Source: Labilithrix sp. (GTDB lineage Bacteria > Myxococcota_A > Polyangia > Polyangiales > Polyangiaceae). From it: 64,000 nucleotides of DNA. Within the stretch, counting starts at the first letter, position 1; every line of letters starts with the position of its first letter. Shown one piece after another: positions 36,515 through 46,533 of this stretch. The notes beneath the pieces are model-generated. The model made no database searches and had not been told where the DNA came from. It saw only the letters and a program-made list of their open reading frames with translations. A program made the position numbers and the translations under genes. The stretch covers positions 3,457-67,456 of the forward strand of contig JBGAFW010000002.1 of the NCBI GenBank assembly GCA_044227045.1, given 5' to 3'.

Positions 36515-39373
36515 ATGCCCATGCTGCTGCGTGTCCCTTTCTCTCGCTTTGCCGTGTCGCGAGCGCGCGTCCCCGTCCTCATCGCGCTCGCGACGGCCTT
36601 CTTCGACTGCGCCTCGCTCGAGCCCATCGCGCAAGGCACGTGTGGAAATGGCGTCGTCGACTCACAGGCGGAGGACTGCGACTCCTTCCCGAGCACGTGC
36701 GGCAAGGCAACGGACGGCCTCAAGGCATGCCGGCTCACTTGCGATCGCAAGCAGGCGAGCTCATGCCCCGTCGGCTGGGGATGCAGCGTGGACGGCTTCT
36801 GCCGCGAGGCGACCGGCAACATCCAGAACGCAGGCGCGCCGCTCTCGGCGGGCGCTGCGGCGCTCATCACCGGTGACTTCGACGGCGACGGACGCGTCGA
36901 CATCATCGGCGCTCCACCGTACTCGAGCGGCGGCGGCTCTCGCGTCCACTACTTCGACAACGACGCGAACCTCGCGACCTCGTCCGCGCTGTCGGTCCCG
37001 ATCCGCATCCCCGTCATCAAAGACTTCACCCGTGACGGGATCGACGACGTCGGCTTCTCGGCGAACATCGTCAACGTCGGAGGCTTCGCCGCGATGGCGG
37101 GCCGCGGTGACCGCACGTTCTCGCCGATCCTGTTCCCCGCGATCACGCTCGAGAAGGTGGCCGCCGTGCCCACCACGCTGAGCGCCATCACGGACCGCAC
37201 GTTCTTGCCCGGGTTCAACCGCTCGTGCGTCGTCGCGGTGATCCAGACGGAGAAGGGCAGCCGCCTCCACAGCTATTGCGGCGACGAGCTCACCGGTACG
37301 GAAGACCTCGACCTCGCGTCGAGCGCGAACCCCGCGACCATCGTCGGGACGCCGAAGACCGCGATCGTGTTCGATCAGTTCCCGATCAACGTCGCCACCT
37401 CCGTCTGCGGTGAGGTCATCACCGCTCACAACGAAGGCAACCAGGGCAAGCTCACGATCGTGTCGCCTTGCGAGGTCGTCAACGACTCCGGGTCGCTGAC
37501 GGTGCGCTGGATCAAGGACATCGGGTCGGCGAAGAAGACGGTCGAGGTGACGACGCCGGGCAAGCTCGTCGAGGCGCCCTTCGCTGGCGACCTCACCGAC
37601 GACGGCTACGCCGACATCGTGATTCACACGGAGAGCGGCTACTACCTCGCGAAGAGCACGCACACGGGCCTGACGAGCTGGGAGACGTTCACGTACTACA
37701 AGGTCCCGTTCCAGGAGGTCCCGCTCGCCGCGGCGGATCTGAACAAGGACGGCGCGGCGGACATCGTGTTCCCCTCGGGCGTCCTCTTCACGAAGCTCTC
37801 GGTCAGCACCGACGGCGGTCCCGTCACGGTCGACGGCGTCGACACGTCGCTCAGCTTGCCCTCGCGTGACGGCCAGCGTTGGGCCGACGCGCGCATCGGC
37901 AATTTCAACGGCGACGACATCCCGGACGTGCTCGTCTTCTACGAGGGATCCCTCGACGCGGAGCTCCTCACGAGCTCGGGCAGGGGGCTCTTCACCACCT
38001 TCGTCGTTCGATCCGATCAAGCCGTGCGCGCGATCGTCGACGGTGACTTCGACGGCGACCTCATCCAAGACATCGCGTTCTTGCAGTCGCCGCGCGCGCT
38101 CGACGATCCGAACGGCGCGGGCGAGATCGAGCTCGCGCTCGCGTATGGAAGGACATCCGGTGGGCCCGAGACACCGAAGGTCGTCGGGCGCTTTACGAAT
38201 GCACGCGCGGTCACCGCGCTTCACGATCCGCAGTCGTCGGTCGACAGCATCGCCGTGATGGAGACGATCAAGAGCGCGCAAGCGGCGACGCTGCCGACGA
38301 CGGCGATCACGGTCTTGTTCGGATCGGGCGGGCGCCAAGTGATCGCGCCGCTCTTCATGCGCGATGACGACGCCAAGCCGCCGTACGATCAGAAAGGCGT
38401 CAATCGTCGCGGAAAGACGCGCGTGTGGGCTCCGGCCGTGCTCGCCGCCGGCGCGATCCAAGCGCCGAACACGATCGATCTGATGTCGATCGCGACCGGC
38501 ATCACGATCGACTACTCGACCCAGCCGGTGAAGCTCTTGCCGCCGTTTCCGACCGGCGTCTGGGTCGCTCCGCACAACGACACGGCCGCGGGAGGGATCG
38601 GCAGCTTCTCGGAGGTGCAGCGCATCACCGACCTCTTCGGTGCGGTCGGCGCCCGAGACAGCCAGCCCGACACGCTCGAGTCGGTCATCGTCGCGACGAT
38701 CGGCGACATCGACGTGCCCAAGAACGGCCTCGACGAGGTGATCACCATCGCGCGCTTGCCGGCGGACGCGACGTCGTCGGGCGTGTACATCGTGCGACCC
38801 GGGGCTGGCGGCGAGCAAGCCGCGAAGCTGACCACGACGCTGGCCGGCGTGCGGATCAGAGGCGGCGATCCCGTCGACCTCGTCGACGTGAACGGTGACG
38901 GCGCGCCCGATCTCGTCGCGCTCACCACCGTGGCGAACAAGCGGAGCGTCATCGTCCTCTTGAACGACGGGAAGGGGAGCTTCAGCGCGTCGCCCGCGAC
39001 CGTCGAGCTGCCGCCGCCGGCGTCGAGCTCGCCGACCTCTTCGGACGATCCGCTCGGCGTCGCGCACATCATCACTGGCGCGACGCCTGGCAGCGACTTT
39101 CCACAGCGCCAGCTCGTCATCGTCACGGATAAGCGCCTCTTCCTGGCGCAGATCAAGGCCGATGGCGCGTCGTTCGACGTGCGCGAAGAGACCGCACGCT
39201 TGGTCACCGACGCGAAGGTCGCCGGCGCGCAGCCGGGCCAGGCATCGGCCACAGGGACCATTCGAATGACCGCGGTGGCGGGAGGCGACTTCGACGGCGA
39301 CGGCGTGCAGGACATCGCCGTCGCCGACTCGGGATCAATCCGCATCCTTCGCCAGGCGCCGAGGCTCAAATGA
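36515..39373 (+). CDS. secreted FG-GAP (integrin-alpha-like) repeat protein with N-terminal Cys-rich module, 952 aa
   Basis: A signal peptide and a Cys-rich EGF-like N-terminus are followed by at least six FG-GAP or Ca-binding-like repeats (GDFDGDGRVDIIG, ADLNKDGAADIVF, GNFNGDDIPDVLV, GDFDGDLIQDIAF, VDVNGDGAPDLVAL, GGDFDGDGVQDIAVAD). Confidence 0.8.
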   Translation: MPMLLRVPFSRFAVSRARVPVLIALATAFFDCASLEPIAQGTCGNGVVDSQAEDCDSFPSTCGKATDGLKACRLTCDRKQASSCPVGWGCSVDGFCREATGNIQNAGAPLSAGAAALITGDFDGDGRVDIIGAPPYSSGGGSRVHYFDNDANLATSSALSVPIRIPVIKDFTRDGIDDVGFSANIVNVGGFAAMAGRGDRTFSPILFPAITLEKVAAVPTTLSAITDRTFLPGFNRSCVVAVIQTEKGSRLHSYCGDELTGTEDLDLASSANPATIVGTPKTAIVFDQFPINVATSVCGEVITAHNEGNQGKLTIVSPCEVVNDSGSLTVRWIKDIGSAKKTVEVTTPGKLVEAPFAGDLTDDGYADIVIHTESGYYLAKSTHTGLTSWETFTYYKVPFQEVPLAAADLNKDGAADIVFPSGVLFTKLSVSTDGGPVTVDGVDTSLSLPSRDGQRWADARIGNFNGDDIPDVLVFYEGSLDAELLTSSGRGLFTTFVVRSDQAVRAIVDGDFDGDLIQDIAFLQSPRALDDPNGAGEIELALAYGRTSGGPETPKVVGRFTNARAVTALHDPQSSVDSIAVMETIKSAQAATLPTTAITVLFGSGGRQVIAPLFMRDDDAKPPYDQKGVNRRGKTRVWAPAVLAAGAIQAPNTIDLMSIATGITIDYSTQPVKLLPPFPTGVWVAPHNDTAAGGIGSFSEVQRITDLFGAVGARDSQPDTLESVIVATIGDIDVPKNGLDEVITIARLPADATSSGVYIVRPGAGGEQAAKLTTTLAGVRIRGGDPVDLVDVNGDGAPDLVALTTVANKRSVIVLLNDGKGSFSASPATVELPPPASSSPTSSDDPLGVAHIITGATPGSDFPQRQLVIVTDKRLFLAQIKADGASFDVREETARLVTDAKVAGAQPGQASATGTIRMTAVAGGDFDGDGVQDIAVADSGSIRILRQAPRLK

Positions 39374-40692
39374 CGACGATGATCTCCGAGGGGCTACGCC
39401 GTCTCGTTCGAACCCGTGCGTGGTACGCAAACGCTCGCGCGCTCGGCGTCGCGCTCGTCCTCGTGAGCGCGGGCGCTGCCGCGGACGCGCAGGCGGCGGC
39501 CCCGAACGCCACACCGAGCGCCGAAGACGTCGAGCGTGCGCGCACGTTCTTCAACGCTGGCGCACAAGCTTACGGCGCGGCGAAGTACGCCGACGCGGTG
39601 CGCTCGTTCGAGCAAGCGTACGAGCTGTCGCCGCGACCTCCGGTGCTCTTCTCGCTCGCGCAAGCGGAGCGAAAGGAATACTTCGACCACGGTGATGCTC
39701 GCGTCTTGAAGCGCGCGATCCAGCACTACAAGGACTACCTCGATCAGGTCACAACCGGCGGCCGGCGCGCCGAGGCGCTCGACGCGAAGATCGAGCTCGA
39801 GCAGCGCCTCTCGAGGCTCGATCCGTCGCAGGCGAACGTCTCGTCGGCGCCGAGCGAGAAGCGCAAGCCACGCGTGACGGTGTTCTCGCCGACGCAAGGC
39901 GCGCAGGCGTCGCTCGATGGTGGTCCGCCGCAGGACCTGCCGTACTTCGCCGACCTCGGACCCGGCAAGCATCGCGTTCGGGTCTTTGGCGAAGGCTACA
40001 TCGACGCGGAGCAAGAGATCTCCGGTGACAAGGGCATCGACGTGCCGGTGAACCTCCCGTTGAAGGAGAAGCCTGCGCTCGTGACCGTCGCGCTCGACTC
40101 TTCGGCGGACGTGTTCGTCGACGGACGGCTCGTCGCTACGACGCCGTCGAGTCAGCCGATCGAGGTGCCGCCAGGTCCTCACGTCATCGCGATCGCGAAG
40201 AACGGCAAGCAGTCGTGGTCGCAAGAGGTCTCGCTGACGCGTGGAAAGCCGTTTCGCGTCGAGCCAAGGCTCACGACGAGCGGCCAGCGCTACCTCGCAT
40301 ACACGATGCTCGGCGCTGGCGTGGTGTCGCTCGCGCTCGGCGGCGGCTTTGCGATCGGAGCGGCGGCGAACGAGAGCCGCGCGAAAGATCTCGAGACCAA
40401 ACGAGAGACGCAGAACCTCACCCCGAAGGAGCTCGACGACCACAACCGCTCGATCGAGCGGCGCGACGACCAACGCACCGCCTCGATCGTGCTCGCGTCG
40501 GCGGGCGCGGTGATCACCGCGGGCGGCGTCCTCTTCTACTTCTTCGATAAGCCGCCGGTCGCGCTCGTGCCTCCGCGGTCGGTCGAGCCAGGACCGAAGC
40601 CGCAGACGCCCGTCGACGTCACGGCGACGCTCCGGCCGTTCCCGGTGGTCGGGCCTGGCCTCTACGGCGCGGGCGTCGCCGCTCGGTTCTAA
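39370..40692 (+). CDS. TPR-like / tandem PEGA domain membrane protein
   Basis: The gene overlaps the upstream stop as ATGA. A signal or TM region precedes a TPR-like helical region, two PEGA-like segments (KHRVRVFGEGYIDAEQEI; PHVIAIAKNGKQSWSQEVSL) and a C-terminal TM segment. Confidence 0.7.
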   Translation: MTTMISEGLRRLVRTRAWYANARALGVALVLVSAGAAADAQAAAPNATPSAEDVERARTFFNAGAQAYGAAKYADAVRSFEQAYELSPRPPVLFSLAQAERKEYFDHGDARVLKRAIQHYKDYLDQVTTGGRRAEALDAKIELEQRLSRLDPSQANVSSAPSEKRKPRVTVFSPTQGAQASLDGGPPQDLPYFADLGPGKHRVRVFGEGYIDAEQEISGDKGIDVPVNLPLKEKPALVTVALDSSADVFVDGRLVATTPSSQPIEVPPGPHVIAIAKNGKQSWSQEVSLTRGKPFRVEPRLTTSGQRYLAYTMLGAGVVSLALGGGFAIGAAANESRAKDLETKRETQNLTPKELDDHNRSIERRDDQRTASIVLASAGAVITAGGVLFYFFDKPPVALVPPRSVEPGPKPQTPVDVTATLRPFPVVGPGLYGAGVAARF

Positions 40693-40699
40693 CCGCCGC

Positions 40700-41737
40700 T
40701 CAGAAGTCTCCGCTCAGCGAGAGACCGCCGCCTTCGCCGAGCTGCACCGGCGCATAGCCGACCCAGACGCGGCGCTGCTTCGGATCGGTCGTTCGGTGGA
40801 GGTGCGAGACCACGACGCCGACGCCGGCCCCCGCGAGCGCGCCCGCGATGACATCGGTCGGGAAGTGCGCGCCTGCGCGCACGCGCTCGTAGGCGACGAA
40901 CGTCGTCAGGCCCACGGCAGCGCCGAGCGTGATCCACGGGCGAACGCTGCCCTTCGGCGCACGCGCGAACGCGAGGTAGGTGGCGGTGCCGCCGATCGTC
41001 GCGGTGATGGCCGAGTGCCCGGAGAAGAAGGAGAGCGAGCTGTCGGTGTCCGTATTCGAGTAGGTCGGATCCGACTTGTGCGCCTCCGCCTCGATGTACG
41101 CCTTCGGTCGCGGGCGGCGGATCGAGATCTTCGTGAGGTTCGTCAGCGCGAGCGTGATCGACAGCGCCTCGGCGTACATGAACGCGTCGACGATGCCGGT
41201 CTGCACATCCTTCTCGCGTAGCCCGCTGAGGATCGGGTCGGCCGCGGCGAACACGGCGGCGACCGCGAGCCCGATGTTCGAGCCGGTGCCTGCGTTCTTG
41301 CTGATCGTTTGCGTCACCGCTGGGCGATCGATCGCGAGGAGCTGCGACGTACTGAAGGTTGGCGAGATCTGCTGCGGGCGAATCTCGCCCGTCGAGTTGA
41401 TCAGCTCCGTCGTGCCGGCGAAGCCGAGCGCGACGGCGACGATCGTCCCGTCCACGATCGGATCGACCTCGAGCGTCGTCCGTCCAGGAGGCGCGGCCTC
41501 CGTCGGCTGCGGCTCGATCGACGTCTTGCGCTCGGGGTCGTGCGGAGAGACGACCTCGGGTCCGCCGTTCGCAGGCGGCGAAGACGGCGCCGTCGAGGGC
41601 GCCTGCGTCGAGGGAGGCGTCGTTGAGGGATCGCTCGCGTCCGGGCCCGGGGCTGGCTCGTCGGCGGAGGCCGACGGCGCAGCGGTGACGAACGCGCAGA
41701 GGAGGGTGAGGGAGAACGCGACGGAGTGGACGGAGCG
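40700..41737 (-). CDS. PAP2-family phosphatase with Pro/Ser-rich N-terminal region
   Basis: A signal peptide is followed by PAP2 motifs KISIRRPRP, SFFSGHS and YERVRAGAHFPTDVIAG. The upstream 200 aa of the 549-aa ORF are regarded as spurious. Confidence 0.7.
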   Translation of the reverse strand, partial: RSVHSVAFSLTLLCAFVTAAPSASADEPAPGPDASDPSTTPPSTQAPSTAPSSPPANGGPEVVSPHDPERKTSIEPQPTEAAPPGRTTLEVDPIVDGTIVAVALGFAGTTELINSTGEIRPQQISPTFSTSQLLAIDRPAVTQTISKNAGTGSNIGLAVAAVFAAADPILSGLREKDVQTGIVDAFMYAEALSITLALTNLTKISIRRPRPKAYIEAEAHKSDPTYSNTDTDSSLSFFSGHSAITATIGGTATYLAFARAPKGSVRPWITLGAAVGLTTFVAYERVRAGAHFPTDVIAGALAGAGVGVVVSHLHRTTDPKQRRVWVGYAPVQLGEGGGLSLSGDF

Positions 41738-41903
41738 CATGCGTGACCCTCTCGTAGACCGAGGTTTTGGGTGGTCGTCAACGGCTTCGTGACGGACAAG
41801 AGGCAGTTTGATGTCGCAGCGCCGAGGGCGGAGCGCGGCCTCGTCGAGCACGTGGTGTGATGCGCCGCAGAGACGTGCTAATCCGGGCCACCGAGAAGAC
41901 ACC

Positions 41904-43307
41904 ATGCAGCCCCTTTTCGACAAAATCCTCGTGTGCAACCGCGGCGAGATCGCACGTCGCGTGATCCGAACCTGCAAGCGTCTCGGGATCGCGACCGTCG
42001 CGATCCATTCGGAGGCCGATGCCGGCGCGCCGCACGTCGCGGACGCTGACGAAGCGGTGCTCGTCGGACCCGCGCCCGCGAAAGACTCGTACCTCAACGT
42101 CGACGCCATCCTCGCGGCGATCAAGAAGACCGGCGCGAAGGCCGTGCATCCTGGATACGGCTTCTTGAGCGAAAAGTCTGCGTTCGCGCGCGCGGTCGCG
42201 GAGGCGGGCGTCGTCTTCATCGGTCCTCCGCCGGACGTCCTCGACGCTTTCGGCGACAAGATGAAGGCTCGGCACGTCGCGCTCTCCGCCGGCACGAGCC
42301 CCGTGCCCGGCACCGACGAGCCCATCGCGATCGACACGCCCGAGGGCATCGCGCACGCGAAGGAGATCGCAGCGCGCGTCGGCTATCCGATCGTCGCGAA
42401 GGCCGTCGGCGGCGGCGGCGGCATCGGCATGCAGGTCGTGAACGACGAGACCGGGATCGAGCGCGCCCTCAAATCGTGCTCGGATCGCGGCAAGGCGAGC
42501 TTTGCCGACGCGCGTGTCTACCTCGAACGCTACGTCTCGCAGCCGCGCCACATCGAGGTGCAGGTGTTCTGCGACACCCACGGCCAAGCGTTCGCGCTCG
42601 GCGAGCGTGAGTGCAGCGTCCAGCGGCGGCACCAGAAGATCATCGAGGAGTCGCCTTCACCTGCGGCGTTCTTCGCCGGTGAAGAGGGCGAGAAGCGCCG
42701 CCGCGGTCTGCTCGAAGCCGCGCTCCGCGTCGTCAAGAAGGTCGGGTACGTCGGCGCCGGCACGTGCGAGTTCATCGCCGACGACAAGGGCAACCTCTTC
42801 TTCCTCGAGGTCAACGCGCGCCTTCAGGTCGAGCATCCCGTCACCGAGATGGTCACCGGGCTCGATCTCGTCGAGCTGCAGATCCGCGTCGCGAAGGGCG
42901 AGAAGCTCCCCGATCTGTCCACCCTCGCGCGCAGAGGCCACGCGATCGAGGCGCGGGTCTACGCCGAAGATCCGAGCAAGGGCTTCATCCCGAAGCCCGG
43001 ACCGATCGACGAGCTCGTGTGGTGCCGAGGCGAGGGCGAGGTCCAGTCGAAGACGGTGCGGATCGAGTCCGGCGTGAAGGCCGGGAGCAAGATCACGCCC
43101 TACTACGATCCCATGATCGCCAAGGTCGTCGCGTGGGGCGAGACGCGCGAGGCGGCGATCGCCGAGCTCGATCGCACGCTCGAAGGGACGACGATCACGC
43201 CGCTCACGTCGAACCTGAGCTTCCTCCGCAAGGTGCTCGCCAGCGACGAGTTCCGCGCTGGGAGCTACGACACGAAGTTCGCCGAGATCCTCGCGAAGCG
43301 TCCCTGA
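41904..43307 (+). CDS. accC: biotin carboxylase (acetyl-CoA carboxylase subunit)
   Basis: The N-terminus is canonical (MQPLFDKILVCNRGEIARRVIRTCKRLGI). An ATP-grasp domain and a biotin carboxylase C domain are present, with no BCCP domain. Confidence 0.9.
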   Translation: MQPLFDKILVCNRGEIARRVIRTCKRLGIATVAIHSEADAGAPHVADADEAVLVGPAPAKDSYLNVDAILAAIKKTGAKAVHPGYGFLSEKSAFARAVAEAGVVFIGPPPDVLDAFGDKMKARHVALSAGTSPVPGTDEPIAIDTPEGIAHAKEIAARVGYPIVAKAVGGGGGIGMQVVNDETGIERALKSCSDRGKASFADARVYLERYVSQPRHIEVQVFCDTHGQAFALGERECSVQRRHQKIIEESPSPAAFFAGEEGEKRRRGLLEAALRVVKKVGYVGAGTCEFIADDKGNLFFLEVNARLQVEHPVTEMVTGLDLVELQIRVAKGEKLPDLSTLARRGHAIEARVYAEDPSKGFIPKPGPIDELVWCRGEGEVQSKTVRIESGVKAGSKITPYYDPMIAKVVAWGETREAAIAELDRTLEGTTITPLTSNLSFLRKVLASDEFRAGSYDTKFAEILAKRP

Positions 43308-43323
43308 GGCTCATGGACATCAC

Positions 43324-43788
43324 GTGCGTCCGGTGTCGTTCGAAGGGGCGACACCGAGCGCGGTTGCCCACCCGCTGCGGCAGGGCTATCACGAGTACAT
43401 CATCGTGACGGACTGGTTCCTCTTCAATCAAGACGGCGCACCCCAAGGGCCATGGCCCACCGAGGTGCTCGCGAATCGGATCGTGGCGGGAGAGGTCGCG
43501 CGCGACGCGCTCGTCGCGATGGATGCGTGGTTCGAGAACCCTGGCACGAGCGGCTGGAAGCGCGCCGACGAGATCGAAGAGATCGCGCAGGCTGTGGTTT
43601 CACTCGCGCAGCACAAAGTGCGCGCCGCGATGAAGCCGGTCGACAAGACGCCGAAGCCGCCCGTCCTTCGCGTGGTCGACGGCGCCCATCGCTACGACCA
43701 TCGCGGCACGCCCGACTTCGCCGCGACGATCATGATGGTCGGCGGCGCGAAGCCGTCGAGCGACGATCACGGTCAGAACGGATCGTAG
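43324..43788 (+). CDS. hypothetical protein with GYF_2/DUF4339-like motif
   Basis: YIIVTDWFLFNQDGAPQGPWPTEVL resembles the GYF_2 pattern. The confidence is low. Confidence 0.35.
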   Translation: MRPVSFEGATPSAVAHPLRQGYHEYIIVTDWFLFNQDGAPQGPWPTEVLANRIVAGEVARDALVAMDAWFENPGTSGWKRADEIEEIAQAVVSLAQHKVRAAMKPVDKTPKPPVLRVVDGAHRYDHRGTPDFAATIMMVGGAKPSSDDHGQNGS

Positions 43789-44183
43789 CAGTCGTAGTTG
43801 CGCATCTTCTTGATGCGCCCGTCGTCGCCGATCTCGAGGAAGAACGCGAACTGTCCCGTGAGCGCGTCGCCCGGCGAGAGCTTCCCGAGCGGCACCGCCA
43901 GGACGCCTCGCCACTTCATCTCGATCGCGACGTGCTCGCCCGAGGCGACGACGTTGAGCACGTCGTAGGTCTGCGAGCGGAGCACCTTCTGGCCCTTCTC
44001 GGCGCTCTCGAGCAGCGTCTTGTGGTCGCGACGAACGCCGTCGGGGAAGAGTCGGTTCGGCAGCTCGTGTTGCTCGACGTCGTCGGTGACGAGCGCGGAG
44101 AGCGCTTCACCCGTAACGCCCCTCTCGACGGCCGCGATGAACGCTCGCGCGATGGCCTCACGGTCCAATGTGTCGTGGCTCAT
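43773..44183 (-). CDS. SnoaL-like/NTF2-like small protein (ester cyclase family)
   Basis: The 136-aa protein carries the NTF2-fold pattern (HVAIEMKWRGVLAVPLG...GQFAFFLEIGDDGRI). Confidence 0.5.
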   Translation of the reverse strand: MSHDTLDREAIARAFIAAVERGVTGEALSALVTDDVEQHELPNRLFPDGVRRDHKTLLESAEKGQKVLRSQTYDVLNVVASGEHVAIEMKWRGVLAVPLGKLSPGDALTGQFAFFLEIGDDGRIKKMRNYDCYDPF

Positions 44184-44201
44184 GGTGAGGACGTCGTAGG
44201 G

Positions 44202-45176
44202 TCAGCTGCGGAGATTGCAAGGCGTGAGCGGAGGCTCGCCTTGCAAGACGCGGATCACGTTGGCGGCCGCGGTGCTCGCCATCGCCTCGCGGGTGGGCCG
44301 ATCGGCGCTGCCGATGTGGGGGGCGAGCACCACGTTCTCCCGCGCGAGCAGGCTCGGATGGACGCGCGGCTCGTCTTCGAAGACGTCGAGGCCGGCGGCC
44401 GCGAGCGGGCCGTGCTCGAGCACATGCGCGAGCGCGGCTTCGTCGATGAGCGGACCGCGCGAGGTGTTGATCAAGATCGACCCGCCTCGCATCGTCTCGA
44501 GCCGCTGCCGCGAGAAGAGGTGACGTGTCTCTTCCGTGAGCGGCGCGTGGATCGTGACCGCGTCGGACGTGCGGCATAGCTCGTCGAGCGACGGCACGTA
44601 CGTGGCGCCGAGCGCACGTTCGATGCCTTCGGGCGCGCGATGGCGTTGTGTGTAGCCTACATGCATGCCGAAGCCGCGTGCTCGGCGAGCGACCGCCTTG
44701 CCGATCCGGCCAAAGCCGACGATGCCGAGCTTCATCCCGAAGACGCGCGTGCCGAGGAGAAACGTGGGCGTCCAGCCGGTGAAGCCGCCCGACCGCACGA
44801 GACGGTCGCCCTCGGTGATCCGCCGCGCGGCGTCGATCAAGAGGCCAAACGTCAGGTCGGCGGTGGCCTCGGTGAGGACGTCGGGCGTGTTGGTGACGAG
44901 CACGTTCCGCGCGGAGCACGCCGCGAGGTCGACGTTGTCGATCCCGACCGCGACGTTCGCGACGATGGCGAGCTTGGGCGTCCGGTCGAGCAGCGACACG
45001 TCGATGCGATCGGTCAGGAGCGCGACGATGCCGCGGACGCGCGCGGCGCAGGCGGCGAAGGCCTCCGAGCGAACGCCGCCTTCGTCTTGAACGACGTGAA
45101 AGGACTCCGAGAGGACGCTCACGGCGTCGCCGGGGAGCGTTCCACTCACGAAGACGACGTCACGTTCTTCCGTCAT
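44202..45176 (-). CDS. D-isomer-specific 2-hydroxyacid dehydrogenase (glyoxylate/hydroxypyruvate reductase-like)
   Basis: The NAD-binding motif GIVGFGRIGKAVARRA and the catalytic HIGSAD region are present. The start was taken at the internal MTEERDV Met. Confidence 0.8.
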   Translation of the reverse strand: MTEERDVVFVSGTLPGDAVSVLSESFHVVQDEGGVRSEAFAACAARVRGIVALLTDRIDVSLLDRTPKLAIVANVAVGIDNVDLAACSARNVLVTNTPDVLTEATADLTFGLLIDAARRITEGDRLVRSGGFTGWTPTFLLGTRVFGMKLGIVGFGRIGKAVARRARGFGMHVGYTQRHRAPEGIERALGATYVPSLDELCRTSDAVTIHAPLTEETRHLFSRQRLETMRGGSILINTSRGPLIDEAALAHVLEHGPLAAAGLDVFEDEPRVHPSLLARENVVLAPHIGSADRPTREAMASTAAANVIRVLQGEPPLTPCNLRS

Positions 45177-45210
45177 GAATCGATCCCGCGGAGCGTGCGT
45201 GGCGGGCGCG

Positions 45211-46533
45211 CTAGTCCGCGTCGAAGGGGACGACGGTGGTGGAGGCGAGGTCCGGGATCTTCGCCTTGACGCCCTCGAGCGTATCGGACGCGGTGCCGAC
45301 GACGATGATGACGACGTCCTTCGACGTGAGGCGCGTGTTCGCCGCCGCGTTCGCGCGCTCGAGCGTGACCTCGCGGATGTGATCGATGTAGCGCGAATGG
45401 TAGTCAGCGGGCAGCTCGAGGAGCTCCGTCTCGATCGCCTGACCGAGCCGCTTCGGCGCGGTGTCGACCTCGAACGCGTACGATCGCACGAGGTAGTTCT
45501 TGATGAAGCCGAGCTCCTTTTGCTGGATGCCCTTGTCGACGAAGTCTCGGAGGAGCTCGAGCTCGAGCTCGACACACGGCGCGCAGTCGCCCGAGGCGGG
45601 CGCGGCGGACATCGTGAAGGCGTGACGCTTTCGCTCGATCGAGAGCCGAGCGCTCGTGCCGTACGACCAGCCGCGCTTGCTCCGGATCTCGCGCATCATT
45701 CGCGACGTGAACGTGCCGCCGAGCACGGCGGTGGCGGTGACGAGCGGGAAGTGGTCCTCGTCGTGTGGCCAGGTGCCGAGGCTTCCGATCAACGTCTGCG
45801 TCTGCGTGCGCTCCGGTTTGTCGACGAAGACGAGGTGGCGCCCCTCCTTCTTCACCGGATCGGGCGGTGACATCGGCACCTTCGGGCCCTCGGGGAGCGA
45901 GAGCGCGAGCTTCGAGCCGAACCGCTTGGCCTCGTCTTCGCTGATCGCTCCCGCGAAGCCGATCACCATGTCGGCGCGGACGAAGTGTTTCTTGTACGCG
46001 GCGACGACGTCGTCGCGCTCGATCCCGTTGACGGTCGAGAGCCTTCCCGCCGCCGAGCGCGAGTACGGATGTCCGGTGAAGAGGGCCCGGCGGAACGCGA
46101 GGTTCGCGAGCGCGCGGTCGCTGTCGCGAGACTCGACGAGCTCGGCGGCGGTCTCACGGCGGAGGCGTGCGATCTCCTGCGCGTCGAAGGCCGGGGCCTT
46201 GAGCAGGCGCGTGATCAGATCGATGAACGGCTCGACGTTGCGGCGGATGACCTGCCCGTGAAGGCTCATCGTCGAAGGGCCCACGTCGAGCGCGAGCTCG
46301 GCCCCGAGCCGGTCGATCGTCGCCTCGATCTCCTGCGCCGACATCCCGTCTGCGCCGCGACGAAGCATGCGCGCGGCGAAGCGGCAGACGCCGTCTTTGC
46401 CCTCGGGATCGGCGATCGCGCCGCTACGAATCGCGACGACGATCGAGACGAGAGGGACAACGGGCGAGCTCTCTACGAATCCAACTGCGCCACCTTCGAG
46501 ATCGAATCGCGTCGTCATCGTCGTCGTGCTCAC
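45211..46533 (-). CDS. M16-family peptidase, non-catalytic (no HxxEH) subunit
   Basis: The insulinase-like fold is present without the zinc motif. It overlaps the upstream partner by ATGA. Confidence 0.7.
   Translation of the reverse strand: MSTTTMTTRFDLEGGAVGFVESSPVVPLVSIVVAIRSGAIADPEGKDGVCRFAARMLRRGADGMSAQEIEATIDRLGAELALDVGPSTMSLHGQVIRRNVEPFIDLITRLLKAPAFDAQEIARLRRETAAELVESRDSDRALANLAFRRALFTGHPYSRSAAGRLSTVNGIERDDVVAAYKKHFVRADMVIGFAGAISEDEAKRFGSKLALSLPEGPKVPMSPPDPVKKEGRHLVFVDKPERTQTQTLIGSLGTWPHDEDHFPLVTATAVLGGTFTSRMMREIRSKRGWSYGTSARLSIERKRHAFTMSAAPASGDCAPCVELELELLRDFVDKGIQQKELGFIKNYLVRSYAFEVDTAPKRLGQAIETELLELPADYHSRYIDHIREVTLERANAAANTRLTSKDVVIIVVGTASDTLEGVKAKIPDLASTTVVPFDAD

Noticed and set aside
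36761-39067. 768-aa antisense ORF over the FG-GAP gene.
   Set aside because: It is an Arg-rich shadow.
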